A DNA stretch of 64,000 nucleotides from positions 7,936,001 through 8,000,000 of the forward strand of contig CM060734.1 of the NCBI GenBank assembly GCA_030704615.1, written 5' to 3'. Position numbers and translations under genes: made by a program. The notes below the pieces were generated by a model. That model was given only the letters and a program-made list of their open reading frames with translations, was not told where the DNA came from and searched no databases. How positions within the stretch are numbered: the first letter of the stretch is position 1; each line of letters starts with the position of its first letter. The DNA is from Takakia lepidozioides (taxonomy: Eukaryota; Plantae; Bryophyta). Shown one piece after another: positions 1-13,800 of this stretch.

Positions 1-1139
1 CACGGTTACTCTCTGGCCAGAGAAGAGTATGAGGCCGGGTGAAGGTGTCAAGTGAGCTTTGATGTTTGTAGTTTCTGTTGAGCGGTTCTGATACTCATAG
101 AAGTATCACCAGATCAGTTTTTTAACATTTGGGCCATATGCACTGGCCATGACACTTTATGTAATGTGCGGAAACCATGTATATTGGCCCTTTGTCTTGT
201 TCATACGCAGGTGACGTTGACGCTGTCTTGTCTGAATATGATATGACATTTTCCTGGCTTGTCTTGGTGTCCTTTCCTGTTATATGTGGGTTGGCGACTA
301 TCATTTCTCTTCCATGATATTGCCTATATGATTCAATTGCGTGCCCTTGTTCATTTAATTTGTGTCTGTTCTCGTCGTTTGCGAACAACAGTGTGGGGTT
401 CTCAATTCCCCTTGCTGGTGTGTGCATTCACCACAGTTTCAGTTTAGACTGTTTGCACAACTTACACAAATCACTACAAGTGCTTGTCTGCAGTGCTTTC
501 CTAGTGTAGTGCAACCCATTGGCATAGTGCCAGAGAAGTCGGCAAAACAAGTGCTGAGTGGACAGAAGCACTACAACCCTTTGTACTACAAGTCATGCAG
601 GTCACTGCAGTCCACCGCGGAGATCGCCACGCGTCGTCCCACACACTCTCCACGCGGCCTCCGTGTATTCGCCCGCACGCCCAATGGCGTGGTTATGTAG
701 TCGACTTCCCCAGTTGGAGGTACCACTGGGCAAGAAGCATTGCAGTTATGTGGTTGACTCGCACGTGGCACTCCGGGACGGTGGCCACGTGCTTGCCGTG
801 CTAGTCGCGGTGCGCTGCCACGTCTGCGTCCACGTCGGTGTCCACGTCCTTGTCCGCGTCCGCGTCCATGTGTCACCGCTCTCCGGTGAGTCATTCCCCT
901 CATGCGGAGGGAAAAGTCAAAGTCAGCCCAAAAGGTCAGACGCATGGGCGGCTACCCTGGTTATGCCACGTGTTGACTCAGCAATAATCGCAATTATTGC
1001 ACCACAGTTGTTCATGCGTCTGCGTCCGCTACCACTCCAATCATTGGATGTCCGATCCAACTTTTATGTATGTTGTAACTAGTCGTCTACTACTTCAATC
1101 GATCCCATGGTTTTTGTCATTTTCGACTCAAAATGAGTT

Positions 1140-2036
1140 GTTTCCCCAGTCGTGAAAGACAGGAATGCTTGTTGTGTCTATCAGCACCTGATTGTAACCC
1201 GAAAATCCATCCATGAAAGATTAGAGCTCCTCCCCTGCTACTTTTTCCACCAATGTATCTATGAATGACAAGGGAAAATGATCCTTGTGTGTTACCTTGT
1301 TAAGGGGGCGGAAGTCCACGCATACCCTTAATCCTCCATTCTTCTTTCGAACAATCACCATGGGAGATACCCATATCGATGTCTCCACAGGGAAGATGAA
1401 TGTTGCGGCCAGCAGTTTTTCGATCTCCGCCCTAATGAGTAGCGCTAAGTTGGGATTCACTCTTCTCTCTTGTCGTCGTCGTGGCGTAGCTCCCGGAATC
1501 AGGGGAATAGAGTGCATAGCCACATATAACGGCACACCCTTCAATTCGGTGTAGGACCATGCAAAGAATTCTCGAAATTCTTTGAACAACACTTGGTATT
1601 CCAATGCCCGCTCAGATGTCAAGTAGGATCCTGCCTTCACCATTTTTTGTGACTCTCCTCCAACCACCATGTCGACCAACTGTGTTGTTGGTTCCGAAGT
1701 GAAGGTCGTTCCCGGTTCAAATCGAGATCCGCTTGATCCCTGGTGCAAATAGGGAATGTAGGGGGCGGTATGTTTCATGACATCCCTCTCCAGGTCGGCC
1801 TCCTCTACAATTTTTATGTCAATGATCTCGCCGTTCTCCTCCTGAGGACTCTCCTGTTCTTGCAGACCAACCTGTTCGGTAGGACCAACCTGTTCGGTGG
1901 ATATGGAAAAGAGCTCGGTCAACAACTCGAACTCTGGAAAAGACTCGGTCGATACCGAGTGTACCATTACTTCCCTGCCTTGGTTTTCTCCGAACAACCA
2001 AGCGATGCAGTCTGTATCAGACTTGCATTCGTACAA
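1140..2036 (-). pseudogene. Gypsy pol: linker plus N-terminal reverse transcriptase, premature stop at 1221
   Basis: FAWSYTELKGV...WVSPMVIVRKKNGGLRVCVDFRPLNKVTHKDHFPL, continuing past the stop as SFMDGFSGYNQV. Confidence 0.9.
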
Positions 2037-2177
2037 TCCCAGACCTAGAGACTTGACCGCGTCCTCTAGTCCTACCTTTCTTCGCTTTTAACCTCCCTGT
2101 GAGGTGCGGTAGATGTTGCCAGCACTCGGTGGGCGTGCGAGGTGGGGAGGATTTCCCCTTCTGACCACAAATCCTCT

Positions 2178-2560
2178 TCACTCAAATGCAACAATAGTAG
2201 TGTACGGTCTTACCCCATAAGTAATGGTGCCTGCCCCCCAGTCCGTTCGTGATCTGGACTGGACCAACCATGGCCTCCCTAATAGGAGTGCGTACGAATA
2301 CTCATCAATGGGGAAGTCTATTATTTGAAAGTCTACCGCGTACGTGGAGCCTCCTCTCTTCATTCTGACATTCGCTATGTGTCCCACTGGCTGGATCTTC
2401 CGTTGGTCAGCTAGCCTGATAGTCAGAGGGGATTCCTTTGTCATGTTCAAACCCAGTTTGGATAGGGTAGAGGGTGGCATGATGTTGACTGAGCTCCCAT
2501 CATCCATTAAACAACGTCAAAAACGATCCGCAATTTCTACTTCTATCTCCACTGGTCCTG
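2178..2560 (-). pseudogene. Retroviral-type aspartic protease
   Basis: CLMDDGSSVNIMP (degenerate catalytic motif), IRLADQR..QPVG, LLLGRPWL. Confidence 0.85.
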
Positions 2561-2769
2561 GGTCGACATGAGCATTGATGTGGTGGGCCTGAGCGGAAGT
2601 ACCCACCCGTTTCCTGACTAAAGATGCCTTGAGAGCGTGGCATACTGTGAGCGCCATCGCTATGAGCTGGGCAAATGTAATGTTGGCCTGATTGTGGCGT
2701 AGATCGTCCATTAAGTTGTACGGTCTTGTCTTGTGGCATTTTTCACAAGTTAGAGGGTTTTTTTTATGT

Positions 2770-3445
2770 TAGGACAGTAGGTGGATATGTGCCCTTCCTG
2801 CATACATGTATTGCACACCCGTGGTCCACGAGGTGCGGTTCTACTGCCTGAGCTTTCCGGATTCACAACTCCTCTTTCAAAGTATTCAGAGTGATGTTCA
2901 GTGCATCAAGTCGTCCATTATCTTTTGTTCCTATATGTCTCCTTCAAGTGGCTCCAAAGGGGTTTCTCCCATCTCTCCCAGTCCACGTTCTACCTGCAGG
3001 GCATTTTCCAACACATCGTCGATGTTGACAAACCTAGTACCCAGCGTGAGTCTCATGATTTTGGGTCTTAGCCCACTTAAAAATTGTCTTCGTTGCTCCA
3101 AGTTGGTTATCTTGCATTTGGCAAACAGTTTCGAGATTTGATCGTAATACGCCTGGACCTTTTTGTCTGCTTTTCTGCTTCACGGAGTCCAACTTCATTT
3201 TCAACTCAGTAGGATCTACCTGGCTATATTTGGTGAACACTAGCTCCTGGAATTCTTCCCAATTGGTAGGCTTGGGATTTTGCCGCTTTTCCTTGCAAAT
3301 TCAACCTGGCTACCTTGAACAATTTGCCCTCATTGAGGTCCCTGACATCTCCTATCAACTGCAATTTTTCTAACCAATCTGCTACATCCTCTATCTCTTT
3401 ACCATAAAACGGTGCATCGATCCCTGATGGGCTCGTAATTGTCAC
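2770..3445 (-). pseudogene. Gypsy gag with CCHC zinc knuckle (frameshifted)
   Basis: FYGKEIEDVADWLEKL...LQGKAA; the minus strand of about 2772-2818 reads VCNTCMQEGHISTYCP (CX2CX4HX4C). Confidence 0.85.
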
Positions 3446-4633
3446 GCCTTACTTTTGAATTTCGAGAGATCAGTCGTGGTGACTGTCAGTGATAGACCGT
3501 CTCTGTCCATCGAAACTCTCTTCTCTCCCACTTAGTGTCATTCTTCGGGACAACATTCCTACTCGTATCCATCATTCTCTTGTTCTATTTCATAGCATCC
3601 CCGTTATGCGATTACTGCATAGGTGACTCTAAGATCTCCATTGTGAACTACGTGTGAGACCTGATAAAACCTTGGCTGAGGATTATTGTAGGGTAAAACG
3701 CTGTGGTCGTAAGTTATCAACGTATCACCGATAGTCAGATGTGCAGGAGAGAAAAGCCTATCCTAATTTGTCATTTTAATATATCATTGTTATCCTTTCC
3801 ACGTTTCTAAGGAAGTCAAGGTACTCTCTATGAACGCATCGCCAGCTTCGGATTCTGCCTCTATCTTCTATCACCTCCCATAGTACAATCAAACGACTGA
3901 AATTCTCCCAGGTGTTCCCACTCTAATCAGCCTCTCTCTTTCATAGAATTATGCTCTGTTGCCCAGTAGTCCAGAAGCTGAAGGTTAATCGTCCGTTATT
4001 TGGATCAGCACATCACCTGCTTCAGGCAACTGATGTAAGGATGCTAGTTCGGGATCCACCTTCTCTAACATCATGGAGTACTTTTCTGACATCTTCACAA
4101 GCATTACCTTTCATCAGTATGATTCTTTCTTGAATAGTGACTGGTCTTAGAAACGTGACCAACTGCTCTAATTAATCATTTCATTCTCTCCGAGACAACC
4201 TAGAGCTCACATGACTCATACCTTCAGAATCAATTGCAACCCTGTGGTGACTCTATCTGGACTTAACATCCAAACCTTTCCCCATGTATAATGTTGAGCG
4301 GTTTTTACACACCCATCCCTTAGCTATCCATGACGGATACTCAAGGGATGAAGTGCTAGAAAACTCTAAGTATTCGGGCCGCTCAGAACAGTCAGACATG
4401 TCCTGCACTTAGTGTATCATGGGGGTGTCTTCCTGTAATTGATCCTTCTAGCATTCATGGTCAGTCCTTTCAGCTTAAGTATTGTTGTTCCACATTGCTT
4501 ATGCAATCTTCCAAGTTTAGGTTCCTAGTCCTATCTAGGGAATCCACAACTTCTCTCTGGTCTCTCTACACATTGCGAATCCCAAGTAAAGGTTATTGAT
4601 TATATCTCTATCAACTAGTTAGGCCGCAACCAC

Positions 4634-5209
4634 TGTATCATCTTTCATATATTGAATATCCTATTCTATAGCTCGTAGGCATCTCCTATCACTTCGTCTT
4701 CTCTCCTCCTCCGCATGCATTCCCCTGCATATCAAGAAGCCCCGGCTCTATCGTCTTTGCTGCCTTTACTACCCCCCTGCGCGCTGTCCTAACTGCCCCT
4801 CCCCGCGGGCTGTCCTAACTACCTACGACTAACTGTCATGACACTAACCGTCATGGAGTACTATCTTGGTTCCCTCTTAAACTATGCCGCTCCCCGTGAT
4901 ATAGATGTTCATGTGTTCTCGTACTGTGTTCCCGTCCATGGTCTCGCTCATGTTGGCTCATGGTCCTCGAGCCATGATAGCTCATAACTGCTGCACTATG
5001 AGGATTCATGGTGGCTCGTCGCGACTGTGCTATGAGGCTCGTGAGGACTCATGCCCGCAATGCCGTGAGGGTTCATGGGCTTGTAGTAGCAGCACCATGA
5101 GGGCTCGTGGTGACTCATGGCAGTAGTGCCATGAAAGCTCGTGGTTGCTCAAAATTATGGGTACCCACATGAACCTGTTTTCCGCCTAAGTGCTGGCAGC
5201 CCTGTAACA
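4634..5209 (-). repeat. Probable LTR (about 576 bp), TGTTACA...TGATACA on the minus strand
   Basis: TG...CA ends; purine tract GAGAAGGGGAGGGG immediately upstream (5213-5226) and TGG-starting PBS-like TGGTTGCGGCC immediately downstream (4632-4622). No second copy in the window. Confidence 0.55.
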
Positions 5210-5432
5210 TTACCCCTCCCCTTCTCAAAACTTGCCGTGTCCTCACGGATTGCTTCCTGTGCTCGGAATATCGCTGTGCGCGGGCATTGGGATGCTTTTG
5301 AGAATCTTTGCGAGGGCTCTGCGTACGAGCCTGAGTTGCATCCTTGGTAGGTGGAAAAGTATGTCTGCTTGCTGGAGCAGATTGTGCTACCTTGCTGTCA
5401 TGTGGTGGAGCTCCAGTAATGGGAGAACCCTA

Positions 5433-8400
5433 TCATTTCTTATCTGCTATGACCTGTTCATAGTGCGCCAGTTGGTTGCCTCCACTGCTAGGAGGCTGCT
5501 CACCTGTACTTGTCATTTCCACAGTAGCCGCAGGTGGGACAACACCATAAATAGGGGGCAACAACTCACACACAATGTTTGATGCTGATGGAGATTCATC
5601 CCTTGGCAGGTCCAAACCGAGCTTCGCTGCCAATGCCATGTTGAACTTCTCTGTCTTAGATACTGCAGCGGCAAACATGGATTTCACTACTTGCAATTCC
5701 AATTTGTGCTCCATTGAGCTGGCCTCCATTGTATGTTTCCATCCTTCCAAGCCATCAAGCTGAGAAGCCAATGCTCCAAGGCCCTGCCACAAATAGAGTG
5801 GAAATACGATTCAATACATCGATCGCACTAGCCATGCGAGGTAATTTATTGGCATATGTACAAGAAGGCAAAACCATAAATAATTGACAAGCACATCATT
5901 GCAACAAATGCAGGTGGGTTAGTTACTTACAGAACGGGTGGCCCCTGCTGAATCGGAACCATACCCCTTGTTGCTATCTTGCTCCCCGAAATTTCAGATA
6001 GAAGTGGAGGACGACCACTTGTCTTAGCCTACACATGGACAGGATATGGGAATAATAGTGCCATCCTCTAAGAGTAAGATACAAATGACAAGACACCTCG
6101 CTACCTGAATATATTGCAATGTCATGAGACAGGCAGATTTACCAGACGTTCCTCAACGCTGCTAAGGCCACTGCATCCAGATCTCGAAGGGGCACCAACA
6201 TGCCCCCGTGCATGCTTGCCATTATCACGACTCTTTTGCCATTCGGGGCGTGTTCCAATGCCTCACTAATTCTGCCCAAGTCTTGTCCGCAACATAGTGG
6301 GGCTTAGGTTTGCCACGGGAGTACACTTTTCTAAACAGTTTGATGCGCTGGTATTTAATCACGCCTCCAATCTCAGTTCGAAGTTGGGCACCAGCTATCC
6401 CAGGAGGTAAATATTCCCAATCATCTGCTAATAGTTCACCCACCTCATCAATCAGACTTTGAGGTTGAAGATGGATGGGCACAGAACAGTCCAACACACG
6501 TTGGCATTGCCCTCGCAGGGCTGCCAGCCAGTCATTCCGTGCATCCCCGCATGGGCCCTTTTTGCCACAGGCAACTATGAATCTCTTTTGCCCAACAGCC
6601 ACATTTGCACAAGCCGTTTCTTTCAACCCTTTCCGTGCTACTCTCCTCGCCTTGCGCAAAAAATTGGCTCTGTCCTTGCCAGTCAAATGTTGCGCATCTG
6701 GAGTCATATTGGAATCACGGGCCTCCTCTCCTCCCTCACAACCTGCAACATGGGGCCTTGCGGGACATGAACCCTGTCGCGCACCAACGTGGGGTGTGGG
6801 GTAGACAGGAACATAACCTGTGCTCGGAGCTGGTGAGCTTGGGAATTGAAGAGGCCGCGAAGCTGTGGGCTGCCTGGAATAAGGGCCATGCAGCGGCGCA
6901 CTATACATGGGGCTTCTGGGATACGTTGCCTGGGGAGGATACGCAGGTGGGGGAGGGTTGGGGTGAGGGTACCACACACCTTCGTGGTAGTGCCCATGCT
7001 GAACATGAGCATGTTGTGCTTCCCCAATTTGCGGAAATGCCCCACACGGAACTACAGGACTACTTGGACCTGCACATGACCGGTTCTCCCCTGACGGGCT
7101 GTTTGCATTGTAGGACTGAGAAAAGGGCGGGTGAATTTCAGGGGCGGCTGGAACATGAGCAGTCTGTTGTTGATACTATGCATACCTCTGAATGCCAGGG
7201 GGATAAAACACACCAGTGTTAGGTGGAAAGGAGGGAGGGCCTCTTCCATCCGGGGTTGGTTGAAGACGTGGGGAGGGATGGTTGAAGACACCTGCCGGAG
7301 CAACTCCCTTCTTCTTTCTCACTGCATCCTGCAAATCAACATGTGGAAAAGAGTTATGTAGGAAGATAAAGCATGAACATCATGTAGGATACATCAACAA
7401 AAAACACGCTCTATAATATACATACACTGAATGCAGCAGAAATCGCACCCAAAATGCATTTACGTCTGATCCATTGAACACGCCAAACGTCACTGGGGAA
7501 GTCCTCCTTGTATGTTTCGACCCTCTTTGGGGGTTCTTTGGGGAATCCCTTGTAGGCACAATCTGGCCCCGATGACCATCGTACATATCAATGAGAGTAC
7601 AATATGATAATGGCTGATAATGGTAGCTTGTGATTGCTCCTGGACGGCCAACCGTTCTGCAAAGGGGGGACAGTTACCCCATGTGTAGATTTTGCTCGTC
7701 TTGTGTAAACTTTGAGAATTGGTAAACCATTCAGGGTACCAAATCTTTCAGTTACACGACGCACATGCTCCGCACACATAGGGGCAGATTGTCCGTCAGA
7801 CTGCTTGGGGACAATTACCCCGTGTATAGATTTTGCTCGTCTTGTGTAGACTTTGAGGATTGGTAAACCATTTAGAGTACCAAATCCTTCAGTTACACGA
7901 TGTTCAGGCTCTGCACACTTAGGGACAGACTGTCCATCTGACGGCTTGGGGACAATTACCCCGTGTATAGAATTTGTTCGTCTTGTGTAAACCTTGAGGA
8001 TTGGTAAGCCATTCAGAGTACCAAATCCTTCAGATTCAGGACGTTCAGGTTCCGTACACTTAGGGGCATCTTGTCTTTCTGGCTGTTTGGATTCAACCTC
8101 ATCCAGAGCATCAAACCGATTAGAAACTCTCAAGTTGAAGTTGTTGCCCTCGGTTGTCTTCCTAGAGCGCCCCATTGAATCACCAATGTCTAAGACCGCT
8201 CTCCAGCCAGTCAAGGGACGAACTGTTTTGAGATTGAATTGATGCGGGACTCTATTAGAAGCACTTTTGGTCATTGAAACCTTCAACGTACCCCTGTTAT
8301 CAAGTCTCGAGATGGTACCATTAGCCATGAAATCCAAGCCTAAGCTAAAGCATGTAGTTTTAAATGACACATCGTCCATCCTGGGATTCACCCCAAAAAC

Positions 8401-10656
8401 TACACATGAAGCCCTAGATTTGGCATAAGTAACCAATTCCCAGGGATCACCCTGAGGAGTGTTGATGTTGATAGGAGCTAAAAATTTTATTGTTTTCGCA
8501 GGCCATAAGTTTAAGCACAGGAACCAACCCGAGCCCAAGTGCCGAGTATGCTAGACAGAGCATACGACTACCCAATTTGGGCGGAGGGGCTGCCCCCAAG
8601 CGGTAGGAGTCCGCTTGTTACCATTCAGAGATCACACTCCAGGGAGTTGCAGGGAATGGCCCGTGTAGGCATATTCTAAAGAGGGAAAGGCCCCAAGCTT
8701 TCCAACTAAATCCAATGCACTACCTTACCTGAAGCAAAGCGCTTCAGGTCGAAACAAACAAGGACACGAGGTCACAAGGCCGACATTTAGTCACAGAGAC
8801 ATTAATGTACTCCCGTTTCAAGTCCACCCAATGTCAATAGGCTTCCTAGAGGACAGTAGTATAGAGAACAGTAAAATTAATGTGGATGGTAGCCAATGGG
8901 GAAACTCTGAAGAGGAGAGTAAAGCAGCAAACAAAACATGATATGAAATGAAACGGTCCTTCAAAATCATTGTGAAGAGCTCAAAAGCTTATGAGACCAA
9001 AGGAAACCCACAAGCAAGAAGAGACAAAACCACAGCCATAAACAGCCCATAAGCAACTATTGTCTTGCATCCAAACACACACGCATGAGCAGCCCAGAGG
9101 TAACCCTCCTGGACATAAGCTCCCAAGCATTTCTCATGGCACAAAATGGAAAAAGGTATAGAAGACTTTTATAACAGATTTGGGTTCCAATGAATAGACA
9201 GTAGAATCTCCCTTGTATCATGAGGTATAGAGGGCAAGAAAGTGGTGCTTCATACTGCTAGTGGAAAATGGAAAGAACTGCTGGGACCAAAAGGAAAAAC
9301 AAATAAGAAGACGCAAATCCAGAGGCATGAGCAGCCCAAAATATCGGGGAATGACGGGATTCCCCAAGGGTCCACTCCAAATGCACATAAGCTGCCAAGC
9401 ATTTCTGATGAGACCAAAGTGTACAAAAAAATGAAAATAGGAGCCAAACCACATGCATGAGCACACCAAAAGCAACTACTGCAAAGGCGACGGCCAAAGG
9501 ATCAAAGCTCCCAAGCATACAAGCATTGCTGGACTTTAAAATAGAATACGTCACTGACAAATTGGGTTCCAAGTAGTAGACAGATCAATGTCCCGTGCAA
9601 CTGGTGAAGTCTTTTCATTTCCCCCACTCATGTGCACCCATTTGAAAACAGAGGGGAGCACATTGCAAAAGCCCATTGCTTGCCATTGCAACTTCTTTAC
9701 TTGGAAGATGTGACCCTTATCCCAACCGTGCTCGGGGCATTCTCATATCAAGCACATGAACCCTGCCAAAAACCTAAAAAAATCAAAAAGCAAATGCCCA
9801 CTTACCTCTCGTGGAAGAGGAGCTGGCCGTTTGGGTGCCCTCTGAGCATGCGTTGCATTGGGAGGCTCGGTCAGTCCACATGCACCACTGATGTAGTTCT
9901 CCAAATCTGATACCTTGTCCACATCATCTCCATCCTCGTCCTCCTCTAGGTCCTCGTCCATTTCCTCCTCCGAATCGTCGTCATCATCTATTTTGTAATC
10001 CTCATCGAGCTCCTAATCACGCTCGTCGAGTTCCTCTGCTTCAGAGCCCACCAACTGGGGAGTCTCGGGCTCTTCCTCCGCCATCGAAGGTAATGCTAGT
10101 TCTTTCAAGCACCCGCTTCGTCGAGGAGGCCCGTTCCACGCAACTTTGGAGCTCCTAGTCGGCCGTTGTACACTCCTGGCTATGCTGCGCACACATTTCC
10201 AGAACCCTGTGAGAATCTTGCCCTAAACAAAAGGCGATCGTGAAAGTGCCATCACCATCAAACCTATGGGGGGGAAAAGCAGTAGGCTAATGTGGTGGGA
10301 AACCCCTACTCACTACATGTGTAGCATGCATACTAAGGACAAAGGTGATCTGCTCACCTGCGCGCAACGCTCCCAAAGTTCAGCTGAGACAATGTCTCGT
10401 TGTTGGCTGCTATGCGCCTCTCTCGCTCTTCCTCGTAGGTAGTGCGTGGAGGGGTGTCGGGTGTAGAGGCCTTGGGTGCAGAGGGCTTGGGTGCGGGTGT
10501 GCGGGAAGCCAGTGCAGTCGGGTAGGGTCTTCTTGCGGAGGTGGTGGGGGCGCGGGCACTATGCGCTTGGGGGGTCCTGCTGCTGCGTGTCCGTGCCATG
10601 GTGGGTTCCTCCTCATCGCTCAAATTGCAGTAATCGACCTCAAACAAGACTACCAT
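5433..10656 (-). pseudogene. Multi-exon TnpA-like (Transposase_24/Ptta-type) gene of CACTA element 1, divergent from the transposase
   Basis: Exon 6225-6977 has KPHYVADKTWAELVRHWNTPRMAKES then (after a stop) NGKHARGHVGAPSRSGCSG, the W..LV..W....K.S..N...R pattern. Exons at 10354-10656, about 9810-10207, 5930-6030 and 5433-5792 correspond to those of element 2. Confidence 0.7.
7588..8538 (-). CDS. Uncharacterised 316-aa ORF with about three 47-aa tandem repeats, possibly a LINE ORF1-like remnant inside a TnpA intron
   Basis: SNRFDAL motif followed by repeats of GFGTLNGLPILKVYTRR; DNA period 141 bp (7721, 7862, 8003). Confidence 0.35.
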   Translation of the reverse strand: MGSGWFLCLNLWPAKTIKFLAPININTPQGDPWELVTYAKSRASCVVFGVNPRMDDVSFKTTCFSLGLDFMANGTISRLDNRGTLKVSMTKSASNRVPHQFNLKTVRPLTGWRAVLDIGDSMGRSRKTTEGNNFNLRVSNRFDALDEVESKQPERQDAPKCTEPERPESEGFGTLNGLPILKVYTRRTNSIHGVIVPKPSDGQSVPKCAEPEHRVTEGFGTLNGLPILKVYTRRAKSIHGVIVPKQSDGQSAPMCAEHVRRVTERFGTLNGLPILKVYTRRAKSTHGVTVPPLQNGWPSRSNHKLPLSAIIILYSH

Positions 10657-10866
10657 GATCTACTGATCAAACAATAGAAGGAGCGCATGAAGGAAACTGA
10701 GGGGAGGTGGACCCGCCATACAATTACTCCAACGCCTGCAAGCCAGGCGTAGGTTCCCCACATCCGAGCACTCGCTGACTTCCCACTTCAAAAACTACTC
10801 AAACCCAGAAGCGTTTCGTCATAACTGAGAGAGGTCGGAACTAGAAACACCCGGCGCCGCACTACG

Positions 10867-13800
10867 GTGCCCGACACTGACGCAAGACTTTGGCAAATCG
10901 AGGAACGACGTGCAACTAGACTGGGTCTTTCAAAGATAATGTGTCCCTGCAACGACTGCCATGGGGGTCGACTTCAATTCGTGGAAACTGCCAAATTGCA
11001 TTTGCTTGCCAACGACCGGGATCCACTGTTGGGTTATCCCATGGTGAGTGACGTGCATCTCTCACCTCACTTCTCGCAGATATAACTTAGGATGAAGCCC
11101 TTAGAATGCTAATGTTGAACGGCCCTCTACTGTACATGTACGGTGGACTACTGTATGGAAACTAGCACGGTCAAATAGGAGATTCCATGTTTTATTCAAC
11201 AAGTTACATTTTGGACAAGACTATACTCTTATACTTTGGAGGTGAACATGCAGGTGGAGAGTGTCGACTCCGAAGACGAAGACTTTGTGGAAGAACGTAG
11301 CCCCCCTGAGGATGATGTTCCGAGACAGATTAGCCCTGTTCCTGTTCGTGGTGGAGAGAATCTAGACCCCGACGTCGACATCATTCGCATGTTGCAGGAA
11401 ACGTTTGCAGTTGCAGATAATGTACAAAGCACCATTAATGAGGATGAAGGGCTTGGAGAAGACGAGCGCCATCATGATGGACAAAGTCATGGGGATGGGG
11501 ATGACGGTGCTGCTTTCCAATTTCAGCATCAAGCAACCACACCTCTGTATGTTGGCTGCCCCACCAGCTGCTTGAGTGCGACGTTGCTCTTGCTCAATGT
11601 TAGTGCTACTCATGGTGTCACAAACGCAGCGATGGATGAGCTTGTGAAACTTTTGCACGGACATCTATTGCCTAAAGGGAACTTTTTGCCCAAATCTCAT
11701 TACGAAGCGAAGAAACTTATAACAAAAGCTGGGCTTAATTACGATAGCATCCATGCTTGTGAGAAGGGATGTGTGCTATACAGGGGAGATCTGCAGGATG
11801 CACCATCTTGCCCTAAATGTGGGGCGCCTCGGTACATCCCTGGCATGAAGACGTTGGTTCCACAAAAGGTCTTGCGGCATTTCCCCTTGATTCCTCGGCT
11901 GCAGCGCATGTACAAGTGCAAGGAGATATGTAAGCTTATGGTGTGGCACACGGAGAACCAAAGTCAAGATGGGAAGATGAGACACCCGCCTGACAGCCTT
12001 GCATGGAAATACATTGACGATACATGGCCTGCTTTTGCAGCTGAACCTCGCAACTTGCGACTAGGTCTGGCATGGGATGGTATCAATCCCTTTGGTGATA
12101 AATCAACAAAATGGTCTATGTGGCCTGTCTTGCTCATGAACTACAACCTTCCTCCTTGGCTGAGCACAAAGCCTTTTTTTATGATGTTGACACTCTTAAT
12201 TCTAGGGCCAACATCCGTGAAGAAGACCAATGCGGATGTGTTCTTGCAACCTCTGGTGGATGAGCTGACCGTGTTGTGGGAAGGTGTTAGGGCTAATGAT
12301 GCATCTCGCAATGAAGGATCAAGGACCTTTGTCATGAGAGCCATTCTGATGTGGTCAGTACATGACTATCCTACATATGCCATGCTAGCAGGGTGTGTAG
12401 TTGGGGGCTACAAGGCTTGTCCCATGTGCGGGCCCAATCTTGATGCCAGGCACTCCAGTGCACTGAGCAAAATGGTGTACCAGGGGCACAGAAAGTTTTT
12501 ACCAGCAGGCCATCCATATAGATGCAATCGCAACCACTTCAATGGAGCCTCCAATCACAGACCCCCCCCCCCCCCCCCCAAGTATCCACTGTGGATCACC
12601 TCCTAAATGCGGAGGAAAACGAGAGGTTCATGGAAACATTCGGCAGACGTCGCCGGAATGTGTGCCCTGCCAAATCCCATGGCATGAAGCAAAGGTCGAT
12701 GCTTTGGAACCTGCCATATTGGAAGGTGGGTATGTCTTCATTGTTTGTTTGTCGGCAGGGCTGATTTCATAGTTCCATGGATACAGTTGTAAGGATCATC
12801 ACACACGACTTAGATTTCAGCCTAATGCAAATTGCATGAAGCAAGTTTGGAGTCGCCTATGTATGGCACATGTAGTAGCAATATGGTTGTTTCCATGAAA
12901 ATGTCTGGCTTTTGTCTCTCAGGATACTGTCTGCAGCATGCAAGACTGGTTTCTTCCTTTTCCCATTATTAAGATGTCATCTCTTGGCTTTACCATCAAA
13001 GTATACCATATTGATGGTGGTTCCATGATTGTAGGATTTGTTGATACGGTATACCCTTGATGTTATGCACTGTGAAAAAAACATTTCTGAAAACATATTG
13101 CGCACCGTATTGGGGGAAAAGGACATAGTAAAGAACATGAAGGACATGGAGAATGAGGGCATACGACCTCACTTATGGTTAAAACCCCACCCCGGAGATG
13201 GCAGGAAGTTGGTGAAGCCGTAGGCTCCTTACGTGTTGAATCGACAGGAAACTACTACCTTCTATGCAACTTTGGGTGCTCTAAAGACACCGACAGGGTA
13301 TGGTGCTTCATTTAAGAAGCATATTGCTAAGAACAAGCTTTCACACATGAAGAGTCATGACTACCATCTACTGATGCAACAAGTTCTACCTTTGTGCATT
13401 CGAGGTTTGTTGGGCAAAGGTCCAAGGCTCGCAATCATGAAGCTATCTCGTGTATTTCTCAGTGGATCCCGAGGAACTACCAGCCCTGAAGGAGGATGTG
13501 GTTGTAATGCTTTGTTTGTTGGAGAAAGAGTTTCCCCCCTCATTCTTCGATCTCATGACCCACCTTGTGCTACACCTTGTGGATGAATTGGAGGTTTGTG
13601 GTCCTGTTAGTTCACGTTGGATGTACCCCATCGAGAGGTACATGAAAAATTTGAAGGGATATGTGAAGAGCTATGCCCGGCCAGAAGGTTGCATGGCCAG
13701 CAGGTATTCTCTTGATGAGGCTCTTGGCCTCCTCACAAAGTACATGGCTGCATTTCCAGGAACTTGTAGAAGGGTCTAGGATTCCAACGAAGAAGAAAGT

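Larger units (their letters stand above)
1140..5209 (-). mobile_element. Ty3/Gypsy LTR retrotransposon fragment (LTR - PBS-like - long leader - gag - protease - start of RT), truncated within RT
   Basis: Minus-strand domain order gag (CCHC knuckle), protease, RT, i.e. Gypsy order. RT similarity is lost near 1140. Confidence 0.85.

Noticed and set aside
460-600. CACTAC motifs at about 472 and 569 as the left end of CACTA element 1
   Set aside because: Not followed by the AAACCGG TIR core and not preceded by the expected TTC target duplication.
1-1080. ORFs 122-427, 558-1082 and 586-945 and the CACGT-rich stretch as genes or a second LTR
   Set aside because: No recognisable motifs, the ORFs arise from GC-rich short repeats, and there is no similarity to the 4634-5209 LTR candidate.
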